DNA from: Gnetum montanum
Lineage: Eukaryota > Plantae > Gnetophyta
Reading direction: 5' to 3'
Assembly (NCBI GenBank): GCA_015680685.1
Contig: MNCI01000329.1
Span: 1 to 64,000 of the forward strand
DNA: 64,000 nucleotides
The notes under the pieces were generated by a model. That model was not told the DNA's origin. It saw only the letters and a program-made list of their open reading frames with translations, and made no database searches. This document shows positions 13,421-27,500 of this stretch, piece after piece. Positions within the stretch are counted from its first letter, which is position 1. Every line of letters begins with the position of its first letter. A program made the position numbers and the translations under genes.

Positions 13421-15379
13421 CCTTTCTCATTATTTTGGATCTTCCCCTTTCAACTCAGTCATGGGGGAGATGGCCACCCATGCTGATCGTTCGAGGTCCT
13501 CAGTTACTTTTTAAGTTTTTTGTCTTACACATTTTTGTTTTACAAATTTCTTTAACTTTTCTTGTTTTTATTTTGCAACATCGTTCATACCTTTTCATTA
13601 TTTGTGTGTTTATTTATTTATTTTTGTTTTTTTTGTTCAGTTTTTCACCTAATAAGTGCTCCTGATAGTGGTATAAACTATGTTCTATTGATTTCTAATG
13701 TTTGGTTTTTTACCTTAGAGTTGTAATGTTGATACTAAGGTATGGTTCTTTTGATATAACAGGCAAAGAGTCCATGTCACCCATGCATCCATGAATTTCT
13801 ATGGTCTCTCTTGGCTTGGAACTATACAGTTCCCTTCTTCAAACAATAAAACTATCAACGAATTGACGACCATGCATTTCTCAAACTAAGGAAGGCCTCT
13901 AGGATTGAAAAGGGTGTGCCTTCAAGGGGATTTTATGCATTTTTGCTGGCCATTCTCTTAGGTTCTTGGATGTTTTCTTCTTGAGTTTTCCTTACCATTT
14001 TGATGATTGCTCCATTTTTAGGAATCTGAGCTAATAAAAATAATAAGTCTTTGCATGGTGTGGTTCTCACGCAAAAAAGAAAAAAAAGTGAAAAATGAAA
14101 ATTTGAAAATCAAAGCATACCCCTTAGACAAAATAATCATCTGGGCTACAAGCATTGGTTATGGAACTAAATAAACATGTTCCCTCCAACTAAGGCCCTT
14201 CCTCACTTCCTACTTTCTCCTTTTTTCAATTTGTCGGAATGTTGGTGACTCTTTGGTGGAAGCATTCTTGTTACTTCAAGTGGATGGATTGGCCAAATGT
14301 ATTAATGTGAAGTCACTAGATGTGGATTTTTTGAGGCTAGATTTGGAATGAGATCTACTAAGTTACATTAACCATTAACACACAAGGGGCTATACACCAC
14401 CTTGTTCTTGAGATTCCATTTCATTCTCTCCTCCGCATCATTCTCTCTCCATTTTTTACCTCATTTCTAGTTTTATCAGTAGTCTATATTTTGGTTGATG
14501 TATTATTTTCTTTTTGGTAAACTCTTGTGGTTAAGACTTTAACTTTTTGCTTTTAGACAACATTTTCAGAGCCTATGGACTCTCTAAATGTGGGTTTTTC
14601 AAGGCATTCAAGCCATGAGCCTACTGTGGGGAGGACCCTTTGGAATTCCTATTTGGTGCATCAGTTAACTTCTTTTCCTTAAACATTTTTGCAATCACCC
14701 TTTATTTTTTTCATTTCCATCTCTAACATCCATTTCATTGGTGTTACAGTTGTTTCTTTTTCTTCATCTTTCTTATTTCTTATCTTTTTCCATGCTACCA
14801 CTACTGAAGGTTTGCTCTTAGTCATGGGGGTCCTGGTCCAATTTTTTTAATTTTCTCCTAACCCCTACACCTTGGGTAGTCACCAGTGTTATATCTCTAG
14901 AATCTATATTAGCCATATCAAAACTCAGCCAAGGAACTCTACATCGAAGCAAGGTATCAACTACATTGTGATTTATTTACCCTTGCTAATATGTGACTGT
15001 GTTGTGTGTGTAGATGAAAATCATACAATAATGGATTGGACCTAGAGGAAACACTTGGAATGGACTAGTGCTAGAGCAATTATGCAAGGAATAGGATTGA
15101 TGGCATGTTTATGGATGAATAATGAAAAATGCAATTTTGGCATCGGTAGCAACACATCTTCTTCTTCTTCTCTCTCTCTCTCTTCTCTACCAGCTATTAA
15201 ATAAGGCTGGATGTCAAATGTACATAGTGTTCACTCTTGTGGTCATGAACACTATTTTTGCCATGTATTATAATGATGATTCATTCACATGTCACCCCAT
15301 TCATCATTAGCATCATTTAAGTCAATAATCCCATACCTTCCCAATATTTTGTAAGGAGCTCAAGGATGAGTTTTCATTT

Positions 15380-15392
15380 AGTCATGGGGGTA
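15380..15392 (+). promoter_or_regulatory. Polypurine tract of element A
   Basis: AGTCATGGGGGTA directly before the 3' LTR. Confidence 0.75.
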
Positions 15393-16181
15393 TGATGAGC
15401 TGCAATATCACATATGTGATATCATGTACGCGATATCGTGGCCTTCCGCAATGTCTATAAATAAGAGGTGGCTTTCCCTATTTTGGACACTTATACTTAG
15501 ACCCTTAGCCAAACTATAAAAGTTTTACCATTCCAGAGTTAGAATAATTTCCATGTGCCCATAGTAGGAGTCTTAAAGTGAATGGATCTTTATTAGAGTA
15601 AGTTTTACTTGAGCACACATTTGTGTACAACAATAAAGACAAACTTTCTAATAAACCTTGCAGCATATTGACTAAGATAAATAGTAATTAATTATTGTTA
15701 AATGCTTAAATGCTTTCCTAGATAATTAATCCCTCTCAACCCTTGACTCTCCTAGCTAAGTGAAGTTAGTACGACCACTTTGAGCACGTGTGTAATGCTT
15801 GGTAACCCAGTAACGAGTAGCGTTTGGTAATCCTAGCAGCGTTGCACTGGTTCAGGGTGTGTGCGGAAAGTGGAAATGGATACTGGGTCTAGGACAACTA
15901 GAACTTAGTTAGTGAATAGTTAATGATAGTTAGTTAGTTAGTCTCTTCACCTTCCCCTATTAGAATAAGACATTAAAAAGATAAAAGATATAAAAATCAT
16001 ATACCTCAAGCTTACTTAACCATACAACCATGACAATACAAGTAAGTTTGGGAAGACAACGATTGATTAAAATTAAGTGTTCCATTAAGGCACGTAAGCA
16101 CTTAGTCCTTGGAGTTCGACCGGATCGCATGTGAGATGCTCATATTCGTATGGTTGTGTAGGGGTACCTCACCACTCATCA
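15393..16181 (+). repeat. 3' LTR of Athila-type element A
   Basis: Direct repeat of 9905-10701. Confidence 0.95.
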
Positions 16182-16650
16182 ATTACAAAGGCAAAGAAAC
16201 TAACACTTTCTAAGTTAGATATTGTTCATACTAAAGTGAAGGAAGAAATATTGGATATAAAAGTTGAGATTCAACAAGTAACCTCTTTGAATAAGGATTG
16301 TAGTAAGATTCAAGAAGAGGAGACTATTGAAAATAAACCAAAGAATTTAGATGAAACAACATATGAAAGTGCAAGCTCAAGCTCAAGATCAAGCATAGTA
16401 AGGTTTGATAATTTTGATCATAAGGATAATATTTTATTTATAAGTAAAAATTTTGATGGTAAGCAAGCTCTTAGCTATGATTATCAAAGTAGGATTAATG
16501 TTTGGTCTTGTCAAAAAGGCTTTGGTAAGGAAAATTGTGCAAGTACCAATAAGTGAGAATGAAGGAAAGTGGAGTACTAAAAGTAATGCAAAAAGTGATC
16601 AAGAGTTCTATCACAAGGAACATGAGAAAATAGAGACATCACATACATGA
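16182..16650 (+). pseudogene. gag: Continuation of SIRE gag (charged, coiled-coil-like C-terminal part)
   Basis: K/E-rich frame resumes directly after the TSD (ITKAKKLTLSKLDIVHTKVKEEILDIK). Confidence 0.55.
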
Positions 16651-18096
16651 TCTAATGAAATAGAACCTAAGGATGAGGAGGTACTTCATGCTAGGAAACC
16701 TCACCTTAGACTCCATTAATCTTTTCATTTTATTAGTAATCAAGGTAAGTCTCTATCTCTTTGCTTGCTAGTTATTAAGGTTAGTATATGAGAAATCCTA
16801 CATTATCAATGTATTAGATCAAAAATGGTGGAATAAGTATCTAGAGAATTTCCTATGTTCATAATATTGATATAGTTTTTTTTGAGGATTTATAATAGCA
16901 CATATAATAAGTTCCCTTGGATATTTATCTTATAAAAATTATAGTTTGATTTCTTGTTTTGCATTTAGTCATGCTTAATCTAAAACTCTTGTGATGATCT
17001 ATTTCTATGCTCATAGTCTTTGGGATGATTTTTCCATTTATAAGATAAGAAAAACCTCTAAATATTTTATCAATATTATTGGTTGAAGATCTAGATCTCC
17101 ACAATTGGGCTTAATGTTAATCTATAGCTATAATGTTGTTTTGTGACTTGAATTATGGTCCTAAGGCCCTCAAAGAACTACACATGTGTAGGGGAAGCCT
17201 ATTCCTCATTATCAATGATCATCTTGGAGATCACATATGTAGGGGGAGTCTTCAAAGATCTCAAACTCTAAAACAACAAATTATTTCACAATGGGCCCAA
17301 AGACCAAAATAAGTAAGAAAAGGACTTCAAGATGTATTTTATGCTAAATTGGATGGAAAAGTCTTGAATGGTTTTTTTTGTTGCATATGTGGACTTTAAA
17401 AGGTATTTAATGATAATACTTAGTTCTTTATCAACATCAATTTTTTTAAATGATTGTGTTTTTTGTATTTTCTTATATAAAAAGAAAAATATGAATGTTT
17501 CTCTCATAGACCTAATATTCTATTGTTAATCTCTTTTGGGTGAATCTAGAAATACACATTGTCATAAAACAATTATGTCTAATAGATAGCCTTCTTAATA
17601 CTCCATGCTCTATCCTTAGTCTTTAGCATCAATTTGTGTTTGGTCCTCATTGTTTTTATAGCCAATCTATTTGATATTCAATCATAAGATGAATTAAGAA
17701 GTACCTATTTTTGAATATCAACTAACTAATATTATGAGGAATACCATGATATATCTTTTTTAAGTATCTACAACTTTTATTGAGTCATCCATTGAATAGT
17801 TTGAATTTGGTATTTGGCATGGCTGATTTCATGTTGGAGATTGTCATATTCTCCTTATTATATAGATATGCTCTCTTTTTCTCATGGTTATCAAAATGGA
17901 GAATACTTGATTATTATAAGAACCATGTATTACTAATGACTTATTATTTTAGAGGTAGAAAACTTACTCTTCAATGTTCACACTTCACTTCATGCTTCAA
18001 GGTTGAATATCACTTGGAAGATTTGGATCAGTTCTTAAGAAATCAAGGGCACCTCTTCATGGAACTTGTTACTGAACAATTGATTCTCTTGCTTCA

Positions 18097-18099
<3 letters not shown>

Positions 18100-18135
<36 letters not shown>
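18100..18135. repeat. (AT)n microsatellite
   Basis: About 18 TA units. Confidence 0.95.
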
Positions 18136-18138
<3 letters not shown>

Positions 18139-18291
18139 GTTATGTCATTATGTTTGTTTCTAAATATTAATGATCTTTTCTTAATTAAGATTGTGTCCTT
18201 TATTGTTTCTGTTGCTATTCAAAAAGAGAAAGAGTAATATGGTTATATTTGTATGATCAATAACCCATTTTCTTAAGTTTTGAAAATCAAC

Positions 18292-18305
18292 AAAAAAGGG
18301 GGAGA
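18292..18305 (+). promoter_or_regulatory. PPT of SIRE-like element
   Basis: AAAAAAGGGGGAGA before the LTR TG. Extra AGGGG(G/A)AG copies at 17190 and 17241, as expected for multi-PPT Sireviruses. Confidence 0.85.
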
Positions 18306-18306
18306 T

Positions 18307-19110
18307 TGTGGACCTTTTGGTGTGTCCAAAATGTTAAGTAAAATGGAGTCAAAGGTTGTTTGCATGGCTATGTGATTATTGTGTTTGTAGGACTTAGTAC
18401 ATGGGAAACAAAGATGAGCTGAAGAGGAGAAGGAATGAAATGTTTAGAGATCAAAGGAGGAGGTCATTCACATGATCTTTGAATGAACATGCATGAATTT
18501 TAAAGAATGTGGAAAAGGATTAGATACTATACAAGAAAAGTTATTATCATCAAAGCATGCAGAAGATCAAGGCTATGGATAAGGAATGATGAATTCAAAA
18601 GTCAAAAAAGTGAAAGAAAGATGAATCTAGGAAATAGTAGACATCTTGGTAGAATTGAAGTAATCTTAGGTAAATATTTTTTCAAGAAATAATAGATTTC
18701 GTTTTCTAGGCAAGGACATCTCTATCAAAAAAAGATGTCTTCACCGAGTGAAGGCCAATACCAAAAAGATGTCTTCTAGAATGGAGACTTTAGAAAGACA
18801 TCTTTTACAAAAGAAAGATGTCTCAAACACAAAGAATATATCTCCAATGATTGTTAATGCCCAATGAATAGCCATTGCAAGAGTTCCAAGATGGATTTAT
18901 AAACACGACAACTATAAGAAGACTTAACATGCATTGGGAAAAGAGAAAGCCTTGTTGTATTCATTGTATAATCATTTGTAATCATTGAATTCTCTATTGC
19001 TTCTCATTGTCTTATCATTTTGGAATTATAAAGTGTTTTGTGCCTAACTGCACAAGGATTAGCAAACTAATTTTCAATTATTCTTTGTAATTCTTGTTCT
19101 TATTGTCTTA
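18307..19110 (+). repeat. 3' LTR of SIRE-like element (partial)
   Basis: Aligns with 7470-~8305, then breaks at TGATGAG (19111). Confidence 0.85.
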
Positions 19111-20283
19111 TGATGAGGCAAGTAAAATTTGGTGCTAGGTACCTTTAATCTTTATCTTTGTTTCTTTCATTGTAGAAATTGTCACATCATCTATGACTAA
19201 CCTGCAAGTCGTATACCATGGAGGAATAGTTTAAAGTTAAAAGAACATCAAGACATAAGACCAATGATTAGATCTAGATTCAATTGAAAACACCACACCT
19301 ACAGTTATCACCCATAAGTAAAATCAACAATATTCACCTTAACTTCTAACATTAAGTTCAAAGATGAATACAATCAATTAAAGCAAAATGAATTCAAATA
19401 AATTTATGAGAAATAAGAAAGATTATAAAGGATACGTCACCTAATTTTTGATCTTGCTCTATTGTTTCCATAGTGCAAAAACTTCACAATCTTAAAACAT
19501 TGTTGGCTATTAATTGCCACAAAGCATCAACACTCTTCCTTCATAATTTTGTGCACAAACAAAAACTCTAATTTGGTGTGGTTCTCTCAATAGTATCCTC
19601 TCTCTATTTCTTCAATCCTTTTTTTATTCTTCCTTCCCTCTATTGGATTTGGCCAAGGAATTTATAAGGACCTATTTGGCACATGAGGAGTCATCACTCA
19701 TGCATAATGGCCATAACAATTACTACCATGTGTAACATTCACTATAACGTCCACCACCACCACCCATGTAGGTAACATTTACTATAACTTCCACTGCCAC
19801 CAACCCCATAGATAACATTCATTATAACATCCATCGATCATGTGTCAAAGAAATTCACAGCTCCCACCACCCACATGAAAGTAACAACTACAGGAATGTG
19901 TAGTCATAAAATGTACAATTGCAGAGCCAACGTCCAAGTTACAACTCCATTACCTCCATAAATCCTCAATGTGCATTCCTGTTACTGCTGCAAAAAAAAA
20001 AATCAAAAACTAGAAAACATAACATACCAATATAGATCAAGGAATTGGATTCCTCAATTGCCACCACATGGCTGCCCAACAACAAAACGTACACCTATAG
20101 TTTACATCTCTAATACATAAAAACTAATAAACTAATAATAATTGAGTAATAATAAACTAATAATCATCACTATAATAAACTAAAATAAATTAAAATAACT
20201 AAAATAAACATTAATTAATCACTAATTAAATAATTAACAATATATAATGAAGATTTAAAAGCTACCAATTTTGGGGTTTAACA
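19111..20283 (-). repeat. 3' LTR of element B
   Basis: Minus strand reads TGTTAAACCCC...CCTCATCA, preceded by a purine-rich tract at 20284-20300. Confidence 0.7.
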
Positions 20284-21949
20284 TAGCCCTCGACTAGCCT
20301 TTGGTTAATGCCTAGCCATAAAGGTGAAAATAAAATAAAAGAAAACATTAATAGATGTATAAGAAAATAGAATTATTTCAAGATATATTTTGTAGATATT
20401 TAACAAGAAAAAGATTAAAAATAAATAAATTTTTCTATTGCCTAAATTTCCAAATATTTATTTACTAATTATACCTATTTCTCTTTTGATGTTAAATTTT
20501 TATTCTTGGATATGAGTTCACATATAACTTAGTTAGGAAGGTCCTACCTAGGATTAATTGTACTTAACCTCACCTTAGGATTAATTAGACTTAACCTCAC
20601 CTCAAAAGGTTTGCTTAGTTAGGTGTAAGAATGTCTTATAAACTCAAGGTTTAAACCTTTCTTATGATTCAAGGATCCTAGATGCATTACTTACATCTAA
20701 CTCATTCCCTAATTTGATCTTGGCTTAGCTTCCAAGGTGGTTATAGCCTACCATCATATCCTTTATTAATTGGTGGTTATTCCCTCCTCCTAAGTAAGCT
20801 AAGGTATGTAACATACCTAGGTTAATTAGCAAATATAAATTATTAAAAAGAGATATGATCAAAGGATATACCAAAAGTAAAATTTGCTAGTATCCATCAT
20901 TGGGTACCATAGTATGGATATTGACCATTGATGTCTATGGAAGACATGATGGAAAACACAAAGAAAACCCATGTACAAAAGTACCATTAGTCAGAGAGAT
21001 GATCATGCAAGAGAAAATAGGAAGATAACATAACAAAAATGAAAAATAGGAATAGAAAAAGGTAAAAACTAGGTAAAAACAAAAAAAGAGAACAATAATC
21101 TAAGAAGTACAAAGAAGCATAAGAAAAATAACTAAATAACAAAGTAAGAGAAATGATTAAAAGTGAATGTGCCCATTAAGATACCAACTATGGATGAGTC
21201 ATTCCTTTACTGCTAGTGTTATACCCTAGTTCTAAGGTAGTGGCACCTTGATTTTATTGATAATTTTTTCCTATTCTTTAAACACTTTACTTATAGAAGG
21301 GGGTTCTTATAGGATGCTTAAAATTGTGAGCTTGAAGCATCACCCCATTTGTAAGGTTCTTGTGATAGTGGGGCTCAACTCATGATTAAAGGTTCTTATG
21401 GGATCATTCTTTTATTTTCATTTTTATTTCTTGATTTTTTTTCTTTTTCTTTCTTTTCTTTTTGTAAGAAATTAAATATTTAACCAGCTTCAACCATAAG
21501 GTTCTTATGGGAGCCAATTTCATTTTGTAAGAATTGCTCAAATGGCTTGATATCAATAGATGCCGTTTGCTATTGGAGAAGCTAGGTCCAATATAACACA
21601 CCCTTTCCACCTTAGTGAATCATCTAATCAAGTATTTCATAGAAATAAAACACCAATAAGCATTATGCTAAACTAAGCTATATAGCCACCTTGATTTATG
21701 AAACTTCTACTTAAAGAATATTGTTGAAAAATAATAAAGTTTATTATGTGTATGACACTTATTATTCTAAGGCTCACCCTTATTTGGATTTTGGGTTTAA
21801 ACTTAATTATCTCAAGGTAGAAGGATTTGTCCTTCTCCCTTACATTCCAGATATGATGCTACCAAATTCTTTATAGTCCCAACTAACAATAGAATTTCCT
21901 ATTGCCCTCTACATTTTTCAAGGTAAAAGTTGTAGACTGTAAATACTAA

Positions 21950-22805
21950 TTTATAGTTTATTCTATGACATAAGAGTCTTTTTGAAGGTTATTTTTAAGA
22001 TCTAAGACTTCTAATGTATTATTGTTATGTAATTCATCAATTATGGAATAAGTTGGGTCACTTAGCTCTACAAGTTCATCTTCTCTAGGTTCCTCAATGT
22101 AATGTTGATGATATAAATTACATCTTTGTCCATTGACTATGAATGTAGTTGAGGAATCATGAATAGGTGATATGAGAACACTTCTATTATCATGTGGTTG
22201 GATAACTCAATAAGGGCCTTCCCACCTAGTTGTTAACTTTCCTATAAATTTATGTAATCTCATATTGTAGAAAAGAAATTTATCACCTATGGAAAATGTT
22301 TTTTTAAAGATATTCTTATCATGTAATATCTTCATTTGTATCTTTACAAATTTTGTTTGCTAAGAGCATGTAGCCGTTAGTTGATTTGAGCAACCTGGTT
22401 CATATCTTCATCAAAGTTGAGTTGTTGTGCTAATCATAAAGATTGATATTTAAGTTCAATAAATAATAGACATAACTTACCAAAAACCATTTGATAAGGT
22501 GAATATCCTAGACTTGATTTATAGGTAATCCAATAATCCCAAAGTGCATCTTGCAATTTCTTAGACTAATTCTTTTCTTTAATATATACATTTTTATTCA
22601 TGTATTCAAGATAATTCTATTGGAATTATTTACTTGGACATTTGTTTAAGGATGATAGAAAGTATTTATTTATATTGGATACCACAAGACTTAAGAAATT
22701 TTTGAATGATTTTATTGAAAAAATGGGTTCCTTGATCACTAGCAATCGCTTGTCGAGTTTTGAAATGTGTTAAAATATTTTCTCTAAGAAATGCTACAAC
22801 AACAT
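21950..22805 (-). pseudogene. int: Athila-type integrase, core end and GPY/F module
   Basis: VVAFLRENILTHFKTRQAIASDQGTHFFN; ALWDYWITYKSSLGYSPYQMVFGK; KLTTRWEGPY; FIVNGQR. Confidence 0.9.
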
Positions 22806-24354
22806 TGAAACACCATGAAAATTGTGAGTCGGCCTCAGGCAAAGATTTGCAATTCAGGTGAGAGCGCATGCCAGAATTCCAGAAGGGAGAATAAGACAGA
22901 GCAAGACCAAGAGGCGTGTAGCATCAAGTCTTCGACTTCCTATGCAGATTCCTAATCTTACTATGTTTTCTCTATTTACGCTATATCACGCGACGTAGCG
23001 TAATGACGCTTAGCGTGATTCCGTTTGACATAGTCCGGCGTCAGAAGGCCATTTACTGCAGCACGCAGAAGGGCTTGAGCAGCGTAATATGCAATTTCTC
23101 ATATATTTTGCTAAGTCTTTTGTTCAAAGCCAAGTTTACGCTCTGTAACGCACGGCAGCGTAATGAGCTTCAAAACAGTTAAAGGCAAAGCCTAAGGAAG
23201 TGCACAGATCAACCCTTTTCTCTTGACGTGTGGATTGCTCATCATATGCTCATTACGCAACGTAGCGTATCACAATGTAATGCATTGCCAAGCTAAACAT
23301 TGTTTACGCTTCATTACGCGCGGCTACGTAAGCGAGCGTAAAACAGCTTGAATCCATTGTTTCCATGTTATGTTACGCTCTCGCACGTGACGCAATGCGT
23401 ACGAGCGTAATATAGCCCAAAATCAACGGAGACATGCCTGACCCACACTTGTCACTCATACGCACAATATGCAAATGCACATATTGTGTGTAGTCACGGA
23501 GTTCAACACAAAGTTGATTAGGTCAACGATCTTCCGAAAGGTCTGAAACACGTGTCATCACAGTTGTGCCTTCTCCACATATTGTCAAACCTATAAATGT
23601 CCCAGTTGGCGAAGAAAAAGGGAGGGAAACTAGACAGAAAAAGAGCAACAGAGCAACAACAAAGAGACAGAAATAGGATATACTTGACTTGATCGTTGGT
23701 AATAAGAACAATTACCCCTTTGGAAAAAAGACAACTTTCCCCATTGGTGATCGTCGGCAGTTCTGAGCAAAAACTACCTAAGGCAAAAGGAGCTGATCAA
23801 AGATCCAGAGATCATCTAGTGTGGTTTGTGAGTTTCTATTGATCAGAAGCAGTTGAGCAATAGACATCAGCACTTGACCTTCCTTGCATCCCTTCTCCGA
23901 CCTACAAGGTAGATCGGATTCTATTCTGCACTTCCGCTCAGACAGTTTGCTTGTTTCTTGTTACTTTGTACTTGCTTTATACAAAATAATCGGGGCCTCC
24001 CCAGTGTAACTTGAATATACAAAATACTTATCTTCCCGGGTCAAACCATAGATCTTGTAATCACGCGTTTCTCTCGTGTCTGATTCCTGTTATTGTGTTA
24101 ACGTTGTCACCATCATTACCATTCATTTACATCGCTTTCTCTCATTTTGCGACTCGTCGAATTAGATCGTTCCACGAGATATTCATAATCTTCATCGGTT
24201 TACTGATTAGTAAGTCCTTGTCTAATCGACAAGACCGTTCAGGGTGCCATGGATTCATTTTTCCAGCATAGCCCTCGCACAGATCTGTGGTTAAAACTGT
24301 GTACGCGGGATTTTGTTTGGTATTTTCTAGCTGCCGACATTTTCCATCATTACA
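22806..24354 (+). repeat. 5' LTR of E1
   Basis: TGAAACACC...CATTACA. TATAAAT at 23592. Followed by GTTTTC and the PBS. Confidence 0.85.
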
Positions 24355-24360
24355 GTTTTC

Positions 24361-24377
24361 TGGCACTAGAAGGAGGG
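24361..24377 (+). promoter_or_regulatory. PBS tRNA-Asn (E1)
   Basis: TGGCACTAGAAGGAGGG. Confidence 0.9.
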
Positions 24378-24596
24378 CCTAGGCTCTTATCCATATTTTT
24401 CGGGTAGCCCTGTTAGCAATTTATACCCAAAACTGTAAAAGTAATACCTCTAGGGAAGTTTACGGTAAATCATGTGGTGTAGATCGGTCGCAAGAACGAT
24501 TCCTCTGGAATCCTGTAGGGTAGAAAGCCTATTTGCGATCTTTTTGTCAGACACCTTTTATATCCAATCGTTCATCGCTGTTAATCCACTTTATCA

Positions 24597-27500
24597 ATGG
24601 ATTCCGTATACACGACCACAACCGCCATGGTCGCCGCTGACTTGGGTGCCACATCCATGAACCCCATCCCTGTCACCAGGCCAGCTCCTGGTGCGACAGG
24701 ACCTCAAGGACCATCACCTAGGTCATTGAGACTGCAGGGCAAAGACCCTATTTTCACGGTCATGACCCCTGATACAATTTCATTTGCATTAAGATCCAGG
24801 CAAAGCTTGCCCTTAGCTGGGCTGAGATCAAAGCAAAAAGAAATTATGAGATGATCCATCGAGGGGGTCACGATTTCACTCCAACAGCCTACGACTTTAT
24901 TCCTTTAATAGACCAGCAACATGAAATCATAACACAGTTGGTCATGGCCAAGAGCCAGGCTTCATGGGCTATGTTGGAGCCCCAGAATGGAGAGGAGGAA
25001 GAGGATGAATTGGCAGCCCAATATGAACACTCGTTCCATACTCTGAGCCCCCACACATATGTAAATCCCCTGTTTGCTTTCAATGGAGAGGCCGCTCCTC
25101 TTGACTTAGCCATAACCACATAGATGCATGTCCCCATCATTCCACAAGCCACTGCGTAGCCATCTGGGCTGCAAGTGCAAGTGCCCCACAATAACATGGG
25201 GGCGGTCGCATCATCACGGGTACTCAGCATTCCAGCCGTGGTTCCAGCAACCACCATGCCCTATTTCATCCTATAGATCCAACCCCAAACCATATCCATA
25301 ACTTGCCCGATGCAAACCCTATCTTTGCCACCCCCTCCAACCTAGCAGATCACCACCATCGTGCAACCGCAAATATCTGCTCAATAGTTTGCCGCCGCGA
25401 GTCAGTGGACCTACCCTACGGCACAACACAACCAATCGACAGTGTACGGTGTGCAACCCTTGGTGGCACCAGCAACATACATTCCGCAGGTGAACCTGCA
25501 GTACCACTACCCTTACCCCGCACAGCCGGTGACGGCAAATCTTTCTTCCCGAACCAGCAGATGGTGGTCTTCACAGGCACCCTGCCTTTAGGGATTCCCG
25601 CCCCACAGTCTACCGGCCCAACCATCCCACCATTCCCACTACCTGGCACTGCCTTCCTAGGTCAGCCCCCTGCTCCTCCTACACAAGCACCCCTAGCAAC
25701 AGGTCTAGACTAGGCTTTCCAACTTATCCAGACTCTTACCAAGGAGGTTAGATGCCTCAAAGCCACCGGTTCAAATACCGTTTAGATCATGGACTTTTAC
25801 TAGGATGATCCCATCAGTCCAGCGGTCCCCATGTTGTCGTTGCCTCCAGGGATGTCCTTACCCCATTTCACCAAGTATAATGGAGAGGGAGATCCCAATG
25901 CTCACTTGGTCACCTTTAGATCCGAGTCCTTGTTGTTACAACAATGGCCACACACGATTATCTGAGTCTTTGCTATGTCGTTAACAGGGAAAGCTTTGGA
26001 TTGGTACCGGGCCCTTCCATGCTCTTCCATCTCAACCTTGGAAGAGCTACTGACACAATTTGTGACCCTCTTTAAGTATAACTTGAAGTCGGAAGTCACG
26101 TTGGATCAGCTCATGGGGGTGAAACAAGACCCACTCGAACTAGTCCAGAGGTTCATACAACATTGAAATGCTACCTTGAATGAAATCTGTGAGTCAATCG
26201 CGGATTCACATCTACTTGCTATATTCAAGGGAGCAGTCAATGAATTTATTAAGTTAAAGCTGTACTATCTTTCCCCCAACTCTTTACATCAGGCCTTCGC
26301 TCAAGTTAGAAGCATCCAAGATGCTGCGGAGGCTAGCAAAGACCTGACGTATGTCGCCTACAGGAATGCTCACAACAAGGGCAAAGACAAAGGTAAGGCC
26401 ACAACAACGATAGTAGCTATGCTGACTGAGGGCTCGAAGAACAAGAACAAGAAGGCACCTACGTTGCCTCCTGAGGCTACGGCCAGTGCAAGAACCAGCC
26501 AAGACACCGTAGCTCCTGAAAAGGCCCCCAGCCAAAACCAAACTTTGAGCGTAAAGATCGCTCAAAGTACATGGCCCTACCTGTAAAGCATTCAGAACTA
26601 TTGAAACAACTATTAGGGGCAGGGCACATTCAACCTAAGAAGGTGTTCGAGGAATCTCTGAAGCGTCACAGACGTCATTGTGAACTACTGAAGAACCCTT
26701 CTTTAGCCTTACCTAACAAACCACCAGTTCCGAGATCTTTCAGGCTAGACCGTTTTTGTGACTATCACCAGCTGTGTGGTCACGATATAGATTACTGCTG
26801 GGTGTTGAAAGATGACATTCAACATATGCTGGATGATGGTTTACTCAAGTTAGACGACAGTAACCCGACGCACCCAGAAAACCAAACATTGCACGTATAT
26901 AAGGACCCGTTGAACGCAAACGACACTCCTTATACAATCAATGTGGTGAGTATGGACGGTTAGAGGAGGGGACCTCCAAAACAGCCTTTTGTTTTGTGTG
27001 TGCCTACCAGCTTACCAAAAGAGGGAAACCCTTCATCGATAGCCAGTAGTGCCTCCAGGACGCCCTTCATTATATGGGCACCTTCTCAGATAGACACTCA
27101 GTCACGCAGCAACAGACAAGCCGCAGCTTCATCCGCGCCCATGCCCAGGGTGCCCTTCATTATTAGGGCGCTAAAACCACAGGCTGCTCCTCTCACGCAG
27201 GGGTAGACCTCTAACCAGAATAGCCGACCATCACCCCCCAAGCGAAAGGGAGAGGACATACCTATTAACGCAATGAAAGACCATTCTACACTCGGCTTCC
27301 CTAAGCCTAGGCCCTTGGTCGCTACGCCTTCATCTCTGCCTCAGAAGCAGGATAAAGGCACAGAAACGCAGCCATCTTCTCTTGGCAAGAAAAAGAACAA
27401 CCCTTTGACCGACACTGTCCTACCTCGAGAGATCCGTCTTTTGGGCCAGATGGAAGAGGAAAAGGGAGACAAACCACCTAGCCGAGAGAAAGACGTCCTC

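Larger units (their letters stand above)
9905..16181 (+). mobile_element. Non-autonomous Athila-type Gypsy element (gag-like plus protease only) inserted in the SIRE gag
   Basis: Both LTRs run TGATGAG...CTCATCA. TSD ATTAG (9900-9904) / ATTAC (16182-16186). tRNA-Asp PBS and PPT present. No RT or INT motifs in the 4.7-kb interior. Confidence 0.9.
7470..19110 (+). mobile_element. Ty1/Copia SIRE-like LTR retrotransposon, gag-only and decayed; 3' LTR interrupted at 19110
   Basis: Paired LTR starts TGTGTACCTTTTGGTGTG (7470) and TGTGGACCTTTTGGTGTG (18307). Decayed iMet PBS, UBN2-type gag and AAAAAAGGGGGAGA PPT. No pol motifs seen. Confidence 0.85.
19111..22805 (-). mobile_element. 3' part of Athila-type Gypsy element B, inserted in the SIRE 3' LTR and itself interrupted by E1
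   Basis: Minus-strand LTR, PPT-like GGCTAGTCGAGGGCTA and an integrase remnant. Confidence 0.8.

Noticed and set aside
17780-18136. 118-aa ORF as SIRE env-like gene
   Set aside because: No recognisable features and it ends in a translated (AT)n microsatellite.
24361-24377. tRNA gene
   Set aside because: Only the 17-nt complement of a tRNA 3' end (PBS); no cloverleaf.
24471-24530. Hammerhead or twister ribozyme in the leader motif
   Set aside because: No CUGAUGA...GAAA core or twister consensus visible.
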